From Gimesia sp. (GTDB taxonomy: Bacteria > Planctomycetota > Planctomycetia > Planctomycetales > Planctomycetaceae), in assembly GCF_048260065.1 (NCBI RefSeq), contig NZ_JBLXHC010000014.1, positions 100,028-164,027 of the forward strand: a stretch of 64,000 nt of DNA, in the 5' to 3' direction. The translations under genes were made by a program, and so were the position numbers. Below the pieces are notes generated by a model. That model made no database searches and was not told where the DNA came from. It saw only the letters and a list, made by a program, of their open reading frames with translations. Within the stretch, counting starts at the first letter, position 1. The number at the start of each line of letters is the position of its first letter. This document shows positions 46,327 to 56,627 of the stretch, piece after piece.

Positions 46327-47012
46327 GTCAGCAAACCATCATCGTCAAACGTGATCTGCAGTCAGAGCAAAAGGCCGATGCGGCAGTAGAACGTGCGCGT
46401 CTTGGCCGCCGCGGAACACTGGTAGTGAATCTGCTGTCGTCACCAGGATCGGGGAAGACCAGTTTACTGGAAGCGACGGCGCGACATTTCGCTGGCCGAC
46501 GGTCGATGGCGGTGCTGGTGGGGGATCTGGAAACAGACCGCGATGCGCAGCGGCTGGCGCCTCTGGTTCCTGTCGCACAGCTGACAACGGGGGGTGCCTG
46601 TCATCTGGAACTGCCACTGGTGCAACGGGGGCTGGCTGCGCTGGGTGATCCTGAAGTCGATTTTCTGTTTATCGAGAATGTGGGGAACCTGGTCTGTCCG
46701 GCTTCGCATGATCTGGCAGAACACGTGCGGGTGGTTCTCATCAGCACGACAGAAGGGGACGATAAGCCGGGAAAATATCCGAAAATGTTTCGCACCAGCG
46801 ACGCGATGTTAATCACGAAACTGGATTTATTGCCGCACGTTCCTTTTTCAGTAGAAGCGGTTTCTACAGATGCCCAGAGGATTCAATCTGCTTTGAAGGT
46901 GATTCCCTGTTGTTCTCTGACAGGAGCCGGGATTCAGAAATGGTGTGATTTCCTGGAAGATCAATATCGAATTCAACTGGCTGGCTGCCATGAACCCGCG
47001 AACAATCATTAA
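46323..47012 (+). CDS. hypB: Hydrogenase nickel-incorporation GTPase HypB
   Basis: P-loop SSPGSGKTSLLE, IENVGNLVCPA and ITKLDL motifs. Confidence 0.9.
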   Translation: MSQQTIIVKRDLQSEQKADAAVERARLGRRGTLVVNLLSSPGSGKTSLLEATARHFAGRRSMAVLVGDLETDRDAQRLAPLVPVAQLTTGGACHLELPLVQRGLAALGDPEVDFLFIENVGNLVCPASHDLAEHVRVVLISTTEGDDKPGKYPKMFRTSDAMLITKLDLLPHVPFSVEAVSTDAQRIQSALKVIPCCSLTGAGIQKWCDFLEDQYRIQLAGCHEPANNH

Positions 47013-49287
47013 AAGTACGGAGCGGAATGTCGCGATCAAAATCACCTTGAGTGGTCGCGTGCAGGGGATCGGTTTGCGTCCTGCAGTCGCGCGGCGGGCC
47101 TGTGAATTACGACTGGCAGGTTCGATCTGTAATACAACAGCGGGGATTGAACTGCTGATTGAAGGTCCCGAAAATGTGGTACACAACTTTGAACGCGACC
47201 TGGAAACATACCTGCCTGAAGAAACGGTGATTGATCAGAAAATCACTGAAACGACTGCACTGCGCGGGTTGAAGCGTTTTGACATCATCGAGAAACAGAC
47301 CAGTGGCCCCTTGGCGGCTCGTGTTCCCCCCGATCTTGTTGTCTGCCTGGAATGTCTGGCGGAACTTGCTGATCCCGCGAATCATCGATTTGACTATGCT
47401 TTCACCAGTTGCACGCATTGTGGCCCCCGGTATTCCCTGCTGCATTCGCTGCCTTATGAACGCGATCAAACGGGCATGTCGAGATTTGAACTTTGTGCGC
47501 GCTGTGAGAGCGAATACACGTCCCCCATTGATCGCCGTTTTCATGCCCAGACCATCGCCTGTCCGGACTGTGGTCCCCGCGTCTGGAGTACCAGTGCTAC
47601 CGGAGAAATCAGGGGTTTCGGTACAGTGGCAATTCGGAATACGGCCCGTGCACTGCAGCTGGGAGAGGTTGCCGGTCTGAAGGGACTGGGCGGCTATCAG
47701 CTGCTGGTTGATGCCACCAGTGAGTCAGCTGTTCAACAGTTAAGAACTCGGAAGCAACGTCCGGGCAAACCGCTGGCGGTGATGGTGACGGACCTTGCTG
47801 CAGCGCGAAAACTGGCAGAAGTGAATGATGCGGAAGCAGCAGCGCTGACCAGCCCCGCGGGACCGATCGTGCTGTTGCAGGCGCGGAATGACTCAGCGAT
47901 TGCCGGTAACGTGAATCCGGGGTTGAACACATTGGGTGTCATGCTGCCGACGACACCGTTACACTGGTTATTGCTCCAGCAATGTGATTTTCCCCTGGTG
48001 GTCACCAGTGCCAATCGGGAAGGGGAGCCGTTGTACTTTCAGGATCGAGGTCAATCAGAAGCACTCAATGGGCTGGCGGACTGCTGGCTGGAACATGATC
48101 GTCCCATTGAACGACCCATTGATGACAGTGTGGTTCGCTGGATGGCGGGACAGCTGGTGACCATACGGCTGGCGCGGGGGCTGGCTCCGTTGGCTCTGGA
48201 TCTGGAACATCCTCGACCAGCCATTGCGCTGGGGGGACATCAGAAAGCCGCGATTGCGTTGAACAATGGTGCTCAAGCTGTGTTGGCGCCTCATGTCGGA
48301 GATCTGGGAAATCTGGCAGCCTGTGAACGATACGAAGCGCAGTTGGCATCCCTGAAGCAGCTGTATGGATTCGCGACGTCAGACTTCATCTGTGATACGC
48401 ATCCTGATTATTACACTTCAAACCGGGCAACTCAAACAGGCTCGCGTGTCGAGCGAGTCCAGCATCATCATGCACATATTGTGGCGGGTATGCTGGAGCA
48501 GGGCTGGCTGGATCGGCAGGTGTTGGGAGTCGCTTTTGACGGAACAGGCTGGGGCGATGATCAGACCATCTGGGGAGGCGAATTTTTATTTTCGTCGGCC
48601 TCTCACTATACCAGAGTCGGGCATTTCAGACCGTTCTGTCTGCCAGGAGGAGAAGCGGCTGTCAGAGAACCGTATCGTATTGCTGTCTCTTTACTGGCAG
48701 AAGCAGTGGGACCGGAGGCTGCGTTACGCGCAGGGTTTAAAGCGGAACTGGCGAAACCCATTTTGCAGATTGTTAATTCAATAAGTCTCTCTCCGCTCAC
48801 TTCCAGTGTGGGACGGTTGTTTGATGGCGTCGCATCCCTGGTCCTGGGAATCACCCACTCTGAATTTGAAGGGCAGGCGGCGATGCTGCTGGAAGCGAGC
48901 TGTGATCGAGCGGAAGCAGGCAGTTATGAAATGCCTCTGTTACAGGGAACGCCGATTCAGCTGGACTGGCGCCTCTGTCTCTCTGCGATTCTGCGAGACC
49001 GGGAAGCGGGAGTGTCACCAGGAGTGATTGCCATGCGGTTTCATCGAGGACTGGCACGAGGCACGGCGCAGTTGTGTCGGCAGTTTGCTCATTTGCCTGT
49101 CGTTTTGGGAGGGGGCGTGTTTCAGAACCGCTGCCTGGTCGAACTACTGGTGGAAGAGCTGCAGCAGAATGATCAACCAGTGGGGTTACCTGGCAGGATT
49201 CCTCCCAACGATGGCGGGCTGGCCGCCGGTCAACTGGCGGTGGCGACTGCCCGCTTCAGACAGGAAGGGGGAGACGCATGTGTTTAG
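46990..49287 (+). CDS. hypF: Carbamoyltransferase HypF
   Basis: Acylphosphatase domain (GRVQGIGLRP). Two zinc fingers (CLECLAE...CTHCGPRYS; CARCESEY...CPDCGPR). YrdC and Kae1-like regions. The ATG at 46990 is preferred over 46945. Confidence 0.9.
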   Translation: MNPRTIIKSTERNVAIKITLSGRVQGIGLRPAVARRACELRLAGSICNTTAGIELLIEGPENVVHNFERDLETYLPEETVIDQKITETTALRGLKRFDIIEKQTSGPLAARVPPDLVVCLECLAELADPANHRFDYAFTSCTHCGPRYSLLHSLPYERDQTGMSRFELCARCESEYTSPIDRRFHAQTIACPDCGPRVWSTSATGEIRGFGTVAIRNTARALQLGEVAGLKGLGGYQLLVDATSESAVQQLRTRKQRPGKPLAVMVTDLAAARKLAEVNDAEAAALTSPAGPIVLLQARNDSAIAGNVNPGLNTLGVMLPTTPLHWLLLQQCDFPLVVTSANREGEPLYFQDRGQSEALNGLADCWLEHDRPIERPIDDSVVRWMAGQLVTIRLARGLAPLALDLEHPRPAIALGGHQKAAIALNNGAQAVLAPHVGDLGNLAACERYEAQLASLKQLYGFATSDFICDTHPDYYTSNRATQTGSRVERVQHHHAHIVAGMLEQGWLDRQVLGVAFDGTGWGDDQTIWGGEFLFSSASHYTRVGHFRPFCLPGGEAAVREPYRIAVSLLAEAVGPEAALRAGFKAELAKPILQIVNSISLSPLTSSVGRLFDGVASLVLGITHSEFEGQAAMLLEASCDRAEAGSYEMPLLQGTPIQLDWRLCLSAILRDREAGVSPGVIAMRFHRGLARGTAQLCRQFAHLPVVLGGGVFQNRCLVELLVEELQQNDQPVGLPGRIPPNDGGLAAGQLAVATARFRQEGGDACV

Positions 49288-49553
49288 GAATTCCTGGTCA
49301 ACTGGTGCGGTGGATCGAACGGGAGGGCGTCTTTTCGCAGGCGGAGATTGAATTCGATGGCGTCCGCCGCGTAGTGCATATGGCCTGTGTGACCGAGGCT
49401 GAAGTGGGGGATTATATTCTGGTACATGCAGGGATTGCGATCAACCGGATCGATGAGAGAGAGGCACAGCGGATCTTTGAGACACTGGCTGAGTGGGGGG
49501 AAGATGAGGGCTGGCATGGAACTCTACCTGATGGGGGAGAGCTGCGACCATGA
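49278..49553 (+). CDS. hypC: Hydrogenase assembly chaperone HypC
   Basis: N-terminal MCLGIPGQ signature. 91 aa. Confidence 0.9.
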   Translation: MCLGIPGQLVRWIEREGVFSQAEIEFDGVRRVVHMACVTEAEVGDYILVHAGIAINRIDEREAQRIFETLAEWGEDEGWHGTLPDGGELRP

Positions 49554-50635
49554 AGTATCTGGATGAATATCGAGATCCAGCAGCCGCAGTGCGGTTACTG
49601 GATGAAATTCGACGAATTTCCACTCGCTGTTGGACCTTGATGGAAGTCTGTGGCGGGCAGACGCACAGCCTGTTACGTCATGGGATTGCCGCTGAACTGG
49701 AAGGGACCGTGGAATTGATTCACGGTCCCGGGTGTCCGGTCTGTGTGACCGATCAGACAGATATTGATTTTGCCTGCCAGCTGGCAAAACGGTCTGACGT
49801 GATCATGACCAGTTTCGGCGACATGCTGCGTGTGCCCGGCAGTCAGGGTTCTTTGCTGGAGGCCCGGGCCAGGGGGGGAGAGGTGAAGATTGTGTATTCG
49901 CCTCTGGATGCAGTAGAGCTGGCACGCAGACATCCTGAAAAACAGGTGGTGTTTTTCGCCGTCGGATTTGAGACGACGGCCCCCGCGACGGCACTGGCAG
50001 TGATGCAGGCTGCGCAGGATCAGCTGGCTAATTTCAGTCTGATTGTTTCGCATGTGCGCGTGCAGCCTGCGATGGAGTCGCTGGTTGAGTCACCGGAACA
50101 CCGGGTACAGGCTTTTCTGGCAGCCGGGCATGTCTGCACGGTGATGGGATATGAATCCTATGATCGGTTTGTGGAACGCTATCAACTGCCTGTTGTCGTG
50201 ACCGGATTCGAACCGCTCGATTTACTGGAAGGGATTCTGGCAGGTGTCAGACAGCTGGAAGCAGGTGAAGCACGGCTGGAAAACTGTTATTCTCGCGCCG
50301 TTCAACTGGCCGGAAATCAGTCCGCGCAGGATCTCGTGCGGGAGGTCTATCAGATCGCGGACTGTCGCTGGCGCGGATTCGGTTTTATTCCGTCCGGAGG
50401 GCTCTCACTGCAGGAAAAGTGGCTGCAGTTTGATGCACGCGTGCGTTTTCCGGATTGTGGTTTGCCGGTCATTACCAATTCTGAGTGTTGCAGTTATGAG
50501 GTGATGACTGGCCAGATCAAGCCGCCGGAATGTCCCCGTTTTGGGAAGCAGTGCACACCTGAGACGCCTCTGGGAGCACCCATGGTCTCTTCAGAAGGTG
50601 CCTGTGCTGCTTACTTTCGTTATGCCGGTGTCTGA
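49550..50635 (+). CDS. hypD: Hydrogenase formation protein HypD
   Basis: MKYLDEYRDP start, HGPGCPVCVT and GFETTAP motifs. Confidence 0.9.
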   Translation: MKYLDEYRDPAAAVRLLDEIRRISTRCWTLMEVCGGQTHSLLRHGIAAELEGTVELIHGPGCPVCVTDQTDIDFACQLAKRSDVIMTSFGDMLRVPGSQGSLLEARARGGEVKIVYSPLDAVELARRHPEKQVVFFAVGFETTAPATALAVMQAAQDQLANFSLIVSHVRVQPAMESLVESPEHRVQAFLAAGHVCTVMGYESYDRFVERYQLPVVVTGFEPLDLLEGILAGVRQLEAGEARLENCYSRAVQLAGNQSAQDLVREVYQIADCRWRGFGFIPSGGLSLQEKWLQFDARVRFPDCGLPVITNSECCSYEVMTGQIKPPECPRFGKQCTPETPLGAPMVSSEGACAAYFRYAGV

Positions 50636-50661
50636 AGAAATAAATCAATCGTCCAAAGTGA

Positions 50662-51750
50662 ATGTGGAGCAGGATGGAAAACCAGCATCAGAATAAGACC
50701 AGCAGCTGGCAGCTGAATTGTCCGGTCTCGATTCCAGCCGAAACGGATTGCGTGACGCTGGCACACGGTGAGGGTGGGCGGCTGTCTCGCAAACTAATTC
50801 AGGAACGCATTATCTCTGCTCTGAAAAATGAGTTTCTGGAAACATCGGATGATGCCGCTCGACTGCCTCAGATCGAGGGGCCGCTGGCTCTGACGACAGA
50901 CAGCTTTGTGGTTTCCCCCCTGTTTTTTCCAGGAGGAGATATTGGCAGCCTGGCCATTTATGGAACTGTTAATGATCTGGCGGTCAACGGGGCGCGTCCG
51001 CTCTGGCTCACACTGTCGTTGATTCTGGAAGAGGGGTTTCCCCTGGTTGTGCTGGATCGTGTGTTGCACAGCCTGGCTGAAGCAGCGCGAAGTACGGCGG
51101 TCAAGATTGTGGCCGGTGATACGAAGGTGGTTCCCCGCGGGGCCGTCGATGGTCTGTTTATCAATACGGCAGGAGCAGGCGAACTGATTGAACCCGTTCC
51201 GCCGGGCCCTGCGTTTCTGAAAGTGGGCGATGAACTCGTCGTCAGTGGTCCGATCGGACAGCATGGCATGGCTGTGCTCGCAGCGCGTGAACAGTTGCAG
51301 TTTGATCCAGTGCCTCAGAGCGACTGCGGTTCCCTGTTGAATAGTGTTGAGAAGTTGCGGACGAGAATCGGGGGCCGAATCTGCTGTCTGCGGGATGCGA
51401 CCCGGGGGGGAGTGGCGGCGGTGCTGCAGGAATGGGCGGAGACCAGCGGTTTGACGCTGAGTATCGATGAACGTGCTGTTCCTGTCACACCCGGAGTGAG
51501 GGGGATGAGTGAACTGCTGGGGCTGGATCCCCTGCATATTGCCAATGAGGGGACCATGCTGATTGCCGTCCGACAGGGGGCCGGTCAGGAAGCTGTCTCT
51601 GTTTTACAGTCGCTCTCCGAGACAGCGGATGCCCGGGTGATCGGTTCCGTCAAGCCCCGGGGGCTTGTTCCGGTGACGATAAAACGGACACTGGGTCCCG
51701 AGCAGCCGCTCCACGATCCACTGGGCAGTCCTTTGCCACGCATCTGTTGA
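50662..51750 (+). CDS. hypE: Hydrogenase expression/formation protein HypE
   Basis: AIR-synthase-like fold motifs (LAHGEGG, GDTKVV) and the C-terminal PRIC cysteine. The start could instead be the ATG at 50674. Confidence 0.9.
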   Translation: MWSRMENQHQNKTSSWQLNCPVSIPAETDCVTLAHGEGGRLSRKLIQERIISALKNEFLETSDDAARLPQIEGPLALTTDSFVVSPLFFPGGDIGSLAIYGTVNDLAVNGARPLWLTLSLILEEGFPLVVLDRVLHSLAEAARSTAVKIVAGDTKVVPRGAVDGLFINTAGAGELIEPVPPGPAFLKVGDELVVSGPIGQHGMAVLAAREQLQFDPVPQSDCGSLLNSVEKLRTRIGGRICCLRDATRGGVAAVLQEWAETSGLTLSIDERAVPVTPGVRGMSELLGLDPLHIANEGTMLIAVRQGAGQEAVSVLQSLSETADARVIGSVKPRGLVPVTIKRTLGPEQPLHDPLGSPLPRIC

Positions 51751-51769
51751 CCTGTTTATCGCTTCCCGT

Positions 51770-52276
51770 TTAACTGCGGTCAATTGTAAAGCGCAGGTTC
51801 ATGGGTTGTGAGGTATCGCGTAACTGTCGCTCGTGTTCCTGATTATGGAGTGAGTGATCGTAGTATGTCTCCATGGCTGCCAGAATCTCACGCCGACTGA
51901 CGATCCCCAGGAGAATTCCGTCTTCAACCACAGGCAGATGTCGCAGATGGTGATTAATAAAGATGGAGACGATCGAAAACAGTTCCGTATCGGGGCTGAT
52001 ACAGATGGGGTGTGAACTCATGATGGTGCGGACCGTCTGTTTCGGGCTGGGGTTGCCAAAGAACATTTCATTTGACAGGGCATCCAGACAGTCCCGTTCG
52101 GATACAAAGCCGATGAGAGTATGTTTCTGATCCTGTTTATTGACCACAGGCGCATTTGATATCTTGTGTTTCAAAAGAAAACGAATGACTTCCGTCAACG
52201 TCATCTCCTGGGTCACAACTTCGACATGCCGATTCATGAAATCCTCGGCGCATGGGGTTTTCTGCTGCTCATTCAT
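51770..52276 (-). CDS. CBS-domain pair protein
   Basis: 168 aa with two CBS motifs (MTLTEVIRFLLKHKISNAPVV; IVSIFINHHLRHLPVVEDGILLGIVSRREIL). It lies 45 bp downstream of atpG on the same strand. Confidence 0.75.
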   Translation of the reverse strand: MNEQQKTPCAEDFMNRHVEVVTQEMTLTEVIRFLLKHKISNAPVVNKQDQKHTLIGFVSERDCLDALSNEMFFGNPSPKQTVRTIMSSHPICISPDTELFSIVSIFINHHLRHLPVVEDGILLGIVSRREILAAMETYYDHSLHNQEHERQLRDTSQPMNLRFTIDRS

Positions 52277-52321
52277 GGGATTTGTCTCCTGGATTATTGA
52301 TCTGAGTGGATCTTGGTAAAC

Positions 52322-53209
52322 TTATTCTTTGTCTTTCAAAGCTTCAAATCCGGTAACGACGTCTAACAGCTCCTCGGTGATAGCCGTCTGTCTGCGTTGA
52401 TTAAATTCTGCCTGCAGATTGATCAGGCGTTCTTTGATGTTTCGTTCTGCCGCCTGCATGGAAGCGATCCGGCTGGCATTTTCACCCGCCAGCGATTCCG
52501 CGCAGGCACGAAACAGTGATACGAACAGGTACTGTTGAATCAGTCGGGACAGTAAGGTTGTGCGATTCATGGTGTAGAGGGGGAGTGAGCGTGATGTGTT
52601 CTGGCTCTCCTGCTTGCGGTGAAACTTCGTCGGGTCAACGGGCAGTAACTGCACGACATGCGGTTTATAGGTCGAAGCTGATTCGCGCTGGTTATAAAAA
52701 ATAAAGATTTCACTCAGTCTTCGCTCATGCCGCCATTGATCAATTTTAGCGAGCATTTCAGAGACCAGGGGGGCAATTCCTGTAGCAGAACCAGGCAGGT
52801 TGAAATCGAAATCAACGTCATGGCCTGAATCCAGAGTTTTCCCCAGCATTCGTGACCCGACGACCATCCAGACCCGATTTCTTGTCTGGAAACTGGTATC
52901 AGCGAAATAGTCTGCGGCATAGGAATCCAGTTGTTCGTTGAACTGACCGCACATTCCCTGATCGGAACCAAACAGAATCACACCGATTGTGCCTGCACCC
53001 GCACCATCTGGTAAATTCCAGCGAGGTTGTGTCCTGGAGAGCACCATTTCCAGTCCGCAGTAAACAGTATCGGAATAGTCTTCCAGGGAATCGACTGCCT
53101 GCTCGTACTGCCTGATACTGACGGCAGCCAGCGTTTTCATTGTGCGCACGACCGATTCCAGATCTCTGGTGCTTTCAATATTTCGTTTTAGTGTTTCGAA
53201 ATCCTGCAT
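52322..53209 (-). CDS. atpG: N-type ATPase gamma subunit
   Basis: 295 aa. MKTLAAVSIRQ and ITEELLDVVTG are typical of F-type gamma subunits. It is the last gene of the atpDCQRBEFAG order. Confidence 0.85.
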   Translation of the reverse strand: MQDFETLKRNIESTRDLESVVRTMKTLAAVSIRQYEQAVDSLEDYSDTVYCGLEMVLSRTQPRWNLPDGAGAGTIGVILFGSDQGMCGQFNEQLDSYAADYFADTSFQTRNRVWMVVGSRMLGKTLDSGHDVDFDFNLPGSATGIAPLVSEMLAKIDQWRHERRLSEIFIFYNQRESASTYKPHVVQLLPVDPTKFHRKQESQNTSRSLPLYTMNRTTLLSRLIQQYLFVSLFRACAESLAGENASRIASMQAAERNIKERLINLQAEFNQRRQTAITEELLDVVTGFEALKDKE

Positions 53210-53213
53210 CAGT

Positions 53214-54758
53214 TCAGTCGGTCTCAGAAGGTGGATTTTGGGATTGCTGAATTAATTCGGTCACAGCATGCAGAACCGATTTCTGCTCAGTCTCTGTGAT
53301 AGGTTGACCGGCGAGGATCTGTTCGCTCAATTCGGGAAAGTCATTGTCGAGTATGCGTTGTACCGCATCTTCCAGTTGATGGATTTGTGGCAAGTCGATT
53401 TTGTCGAATGCGCCCCCCGCCATACCGATTAACACAGAGAGTTGCTCGGTTACGGACAGAGGCTGATATTGGGGCTGTTTAAAAATTTCACGTACACGCC
53501 TGCCACGCTCGAGAGTGGCGAGGGTTTCGGAATCGAGTCGGCTGCTGAAACGGGAGAAGGCTTCCAGTTCCTCAAATTGACTGTAAGACAACCTCAAATC
53601 GCCTGCGACGGTCCGGTAAGCGCGGAGTTGTGTTTTCCCGCCGACGCGGGAGACGGAGCGACCGACATCGACAGCAGGCAGGATCCCTTTCTGAAACAGC
53701 TGCGGCGAAAGGTAGATCTGGCCGTCGGTGATCGAGATTAAATTCGTCGGGATGTAAGCAGACAGGTTCTGCGCTTCCGTTTCGGCGATCGGTAGCGCGG
53801 TTAACGAACCTCCTCCGAGCCGGTCTGCTAAATGGGTCGAACGTTCGAGCAACCTGGAATGCAGGTAGAAGATGTCCCCGGGGAATGCTTCGCGTCCCGG
53901 AGGACGTCTCAGCAGCAGCGATAATTCCCGGTAAGAGCGGGCGTGTGACGTCAGGTCATCGTAGATCACGAGGACATCCTGGCCTCGGTCCATAAAATAT
54001 TCTCCCAGGGTGGTCGCCGCATAGGGGGCAACAAACTGCAGACCAGGGGGGGCGTCGCTCTCACCAACGACGACTGTTGTGTATTCGAGCGCGCCTTGAT
54101 TCCGCAGGTCGTCAATCACTTTGGCGACCGCGGTATTTCGCTGCCCGATCGCACAGTAGATACAGATGACATCCTTATTCTTCTGGTTGAGGATTGTGTC
54201 AATGGCGATTGCAGTCTTACCTGTCTGACGATCTCCCAGAATCAGTTCGCGCTGCCCGCGACCGATGGGAATCAGGGCGTCAATGACTTTCAAACCTGTC
54301 TGCAGAGGAACGGTGACAGGAGCCCGGTTGATGATGGGGGCGGGATCGCGTTCGTAGGGTCTGCGTTCGGCAGCCGTGATCGGACCGTGGCCATCCAGGG
54401 GACGTCCAACCGGGTCGATGACACGCCCAATTAACGATTCGCCTACAGGAACATCAAGTAAGCGGTGCGTGCGCCTGACTTCGTCTCCGGCAGTGAGCTG
54501 TTCGCCGTGATCGAGCAAGACGACTCCGACTTCATGTTCATCCAGATTCAACGCCAGTCCGAGAATATGATGCGGGAACTGCAACAGTTCTTCTGACTGC
54601 ACGTTCGGTAAGCCGCTGATGCGGGCATGGCTGCGACCGACATAAGTGACTTTCCCGACTTCGATCAGCCGCGGTGTGAATTCATGCTGATTTAAGACAT
54701 TGCCAAAGTGATTAAACGTGTTGTCGATCAAAGAATGAATGTCGGGACGATCGTTCAT
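53214..54758 (-). CDS. atpA: N-type ATPase alpha subunit
   Basis: The internal ATG at 54758 (MNDRPD) avoids overlap with atpF. Walker A motif GDRQTGKT. F1-alpha-like throughout. Confidence 0.9.
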   Translation of the reverse strand: MNDRPDIHSLIDNTFNHFGNVLNQHEFTPRLIEVGKVTYVGRSHARISGLPNVQSEELLQFPHHILGLALNLDEHEVGVVLLDHGEQLTAGDEVRRTHRLLDVPVGESLIGRVIDPVGRPLDGHGPITAAERRPYERDPAPIINRAPVTVPLQTGLKVIDALIPIGRGQRELILGDRQTGKTAIAIDTILNQKNKDVICIYCAIGQRNTAVAKVIDDLRNQGALEYTTVVVGESDAPPGLQFVAPYAATTLGEYFMDRGQDVLVIYDDLTSHARSYRELSLLLRRPPGREAFPGDIFYLHSRLLERSTHLADRLGGGSLTALPIAETEAQNLSAYIPTNLISITDGQIYLSPQLFQKGILPAVDVGRSVSRVGGKTQLRAYRTVAGDLRLSYSQFEELEAFSRFSSRLDSETLATLERGRRVREIFKQPQYQPLSVTEQLSVLIGMAGGAFDKIDLPQIHQLEDAVQRILDNDFPELSEQILAGQPITETEQKSVLHAVTELIQQSQNPPSETD

Positions 54759-54792
54759 AGGATTTGCCTGAGTGGTTTTTAAATCACGATAA

Positions 54793-55590
54793 TTATGCTT
54801 GCGGTTCGATTTTTGATTCCGAGTCGATCGAAATGACATCTCTGAGTGAATGAATAAACTCTTCTTCCAGTTCCTCCAGCGACTCCTGCAGGTTCCAGGC
54901 GATTTTGTAGCCAGCCAGATGGAGGTCAATTCCACAAATCAGATCCGGATTTACCCGGAAATGAATCGCCACATCCGGGCTGAGATCTTCGTGGATCAGG
55001 TCCTCGATATTTTTGCGATCGGTGGGGGGCAGTTCGAAAGCACTTTCGACCAGCACTTTGGGATCAGTCGATTCGAGTCTGGCAAGAAACTCCTTTTTCT
55101 GTGTGGCATCAATCTGTCTGATCCGATTCATGAAGACGGCAATCGTCTGTTCCTGCAGATCAGTGTCAGCCAGTTCTTTGAGAATCTGGTGGCTCATCTG
55201 ATGGATGTGTACTGCCATGCGCAAGCGGGCTTCTCGTAAAAAAGATTCGCGTTCCCGATGCAGAGCTCGAAACCATTCTGATTTCTCCTGATCGATTTCG
55301 GTTCGCGCCTGCTCCAGATGCTGTTCTTTCCAGGCCTGAATTTCTTTTCCTGCCTCTGCCAGTAAATCTTCTCGCGCATGAGTGAGTTCTTCGGTCTGTT
55401 GCTGATACCGGGCCAGTTCCGATTTTGCCTCACGTTGCGCAGTGGTGGCTGCTTCGTGTTCTGCCGTGATCTGTTTTTCCCGTTCTGCCATCGCATTCAG
55501 CACCGGCTTGTAGAGGAAATGTGTCAACAGCCAGACGAGGACCAGAAAGTTGAGAATCTGAGCAGTAAAAGTAAACCAGTCGATGGACAT
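54793..55590 (-). CDS. atpF: N-type ATPase b subunit (long form)
   Basis: 265 aa. An N-terminal TM segment ([20 protein letters not shown]), then a long charged helix and an extra C-terminal domain. No separate delta gene is present. Confidence 0.75.
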   Translation of the reverse strand: MSIDWFTFTAQILNFLVLVWLLTHFLYKPVLNAMAEREKQITAEHEAATTAQREAKSELARYQQQTEELTHAREDLLAEAGKEIQAWKEQHLEQARTEIDQEKSEWFRALHRERESFLREARLRMAVHIHQMSHQILKELADTDLQEQTIAVFMNRIRQIDATQKKEFLARLESTDPKVLVESAFELPPTDRKNIEDLIHEDLSPDVAIHFRVNPDLICGIDLHLAGYKIAWNLQESLEELEEEFIHSLRDVISIDSESKIEPQA

Positions 55591-55620
55591 TCCGTTTTCC
55601 TGTTGAATCTGTCAGTAAGA

Positions 55621-55899
55621 TTATTTGGCGGTTGCCTGCAGAAAGTGATTCCAGAACGGGTTGGCAAAGATCAGAATCATGGAAATCACAAAACAGTAAA
55701 TTGCCGTCGATTCCACCATTGCGAGTCCCACGAACAGGGTCCGTGTAATCGTGCTGGCCTCATCGGGCTGTTGTGCGATGGCGCTTAATGCCTGGGCGAG
55801 GGCTCTCCCTTCTCCGAGAGCCGGACCGATAGATCCGACGGCGATGGTAATTCCTGCTGTAAAAATAGAAACTGCGGCAATGACAGTATTTGAGTCCAT
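55621..55899 (-). CDS. atpE: N-type ATPase c subunit (rotor ring)
   Basis: 92-aa hairpin. GPALGEGRA in helix 1 and LAMVESTAIY in helix 2 align with the ion site of the Ilyobacter tartaricus c subunit. Confidence 0.9.
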   Translation of the reverse strand: MDSNTVIAAVSIFTAGITIAVGSIGPALGEGRALAQALSAIAQQPDEASTITRTLFVGLAMVESTAIYCFVISMILIFANPFWNHFLQATAK

Positions 55900-55910
55900 A
55901 AACTGCTCCT

Positions 55911-56627
55911 TTATGTATCCTGTATTGTATGTTCGTCTGTTTGTTGAGGTGATTCGTTTAACGCATGCGATACCTGTGTCGCTGATGCGATGTAGACCAT
56001 CGCCAGTACCGAAAAAATATAAGCCTGAATGATCCCGGTAAGCAGTCCAAAGGCCTGCATCAGAATGGGAACAAACAGGGGGACAAATCCAAGGAGAATC
56101 GCGCCGATGACGCTACCGCTCATGATGTTTCCATACAGTCGCACTGCCAGTGCCAGCGTTCGCGACAGTTCGCCGATGATATTGAACGGCAACATCAGGA
56201 ACGAGGGTTGCAGATACTGCTTCAGGTAAGCGACCAGTCCCTGCCGTGCAATCCCATAGATGGGGACGGCAACAAATACGCAGGTCGCCAGCGCTGCAGT
56301 GGTCGAAATCGAACTGGTGGGCGCTACGTATCCGGGGACGATTGAGAGAATATTGGATAAGGCAATGAATAAAAACAGCGTTCCGACAAAAGGGAGGAAG
56401 GGGCCGGGATCCTGCTGGCTGACATCCTGAATTTGACTCCGTAAGCCTGATACCAGGACTTCCAGCAGGTTCTGACCCCGCGTCAGGCGGGCGCTGTAAC
56501 TCAGCCTGCGCGTGATGAACCAGGAGCCGCAGGTTAACAGTCCCATCACCAGCCAGGTAAACAGAATCGTTTTGTTCAGAATCAGAAATTCCCACTGCCA
56601 GAGTGGTTCATCGGGGGAAATATTCAT
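55911..56627 (-). CDS. atpB: N-type ATPase a subunit
   Basis: 238-aa polytopic protein. It carries the conserved stator Arg in LAVRLYGNIMSG. Confidence 0.85.
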   Translation of the reverse strand: MNISPDEPLWQWEFLILNKTILFTWLVMGLLTCGSWFITRRLSYSARLTRGQNLLEVLVSGLRSQIQDVSQQDPGPFLPFVGTLFLFIALSNILSIVPGYVAPTSSISTTAALATCVFVAVPIYGIARQGLVAYLKQYLQPSFLMLPFNIIGELSRTLALAVRLYGNIMSGSVIGAILLGFVPLFVPILMQAFGLLTGIIQAYIFSVLAMVYIASATQVSHALNESPQQTDEHTIQDT

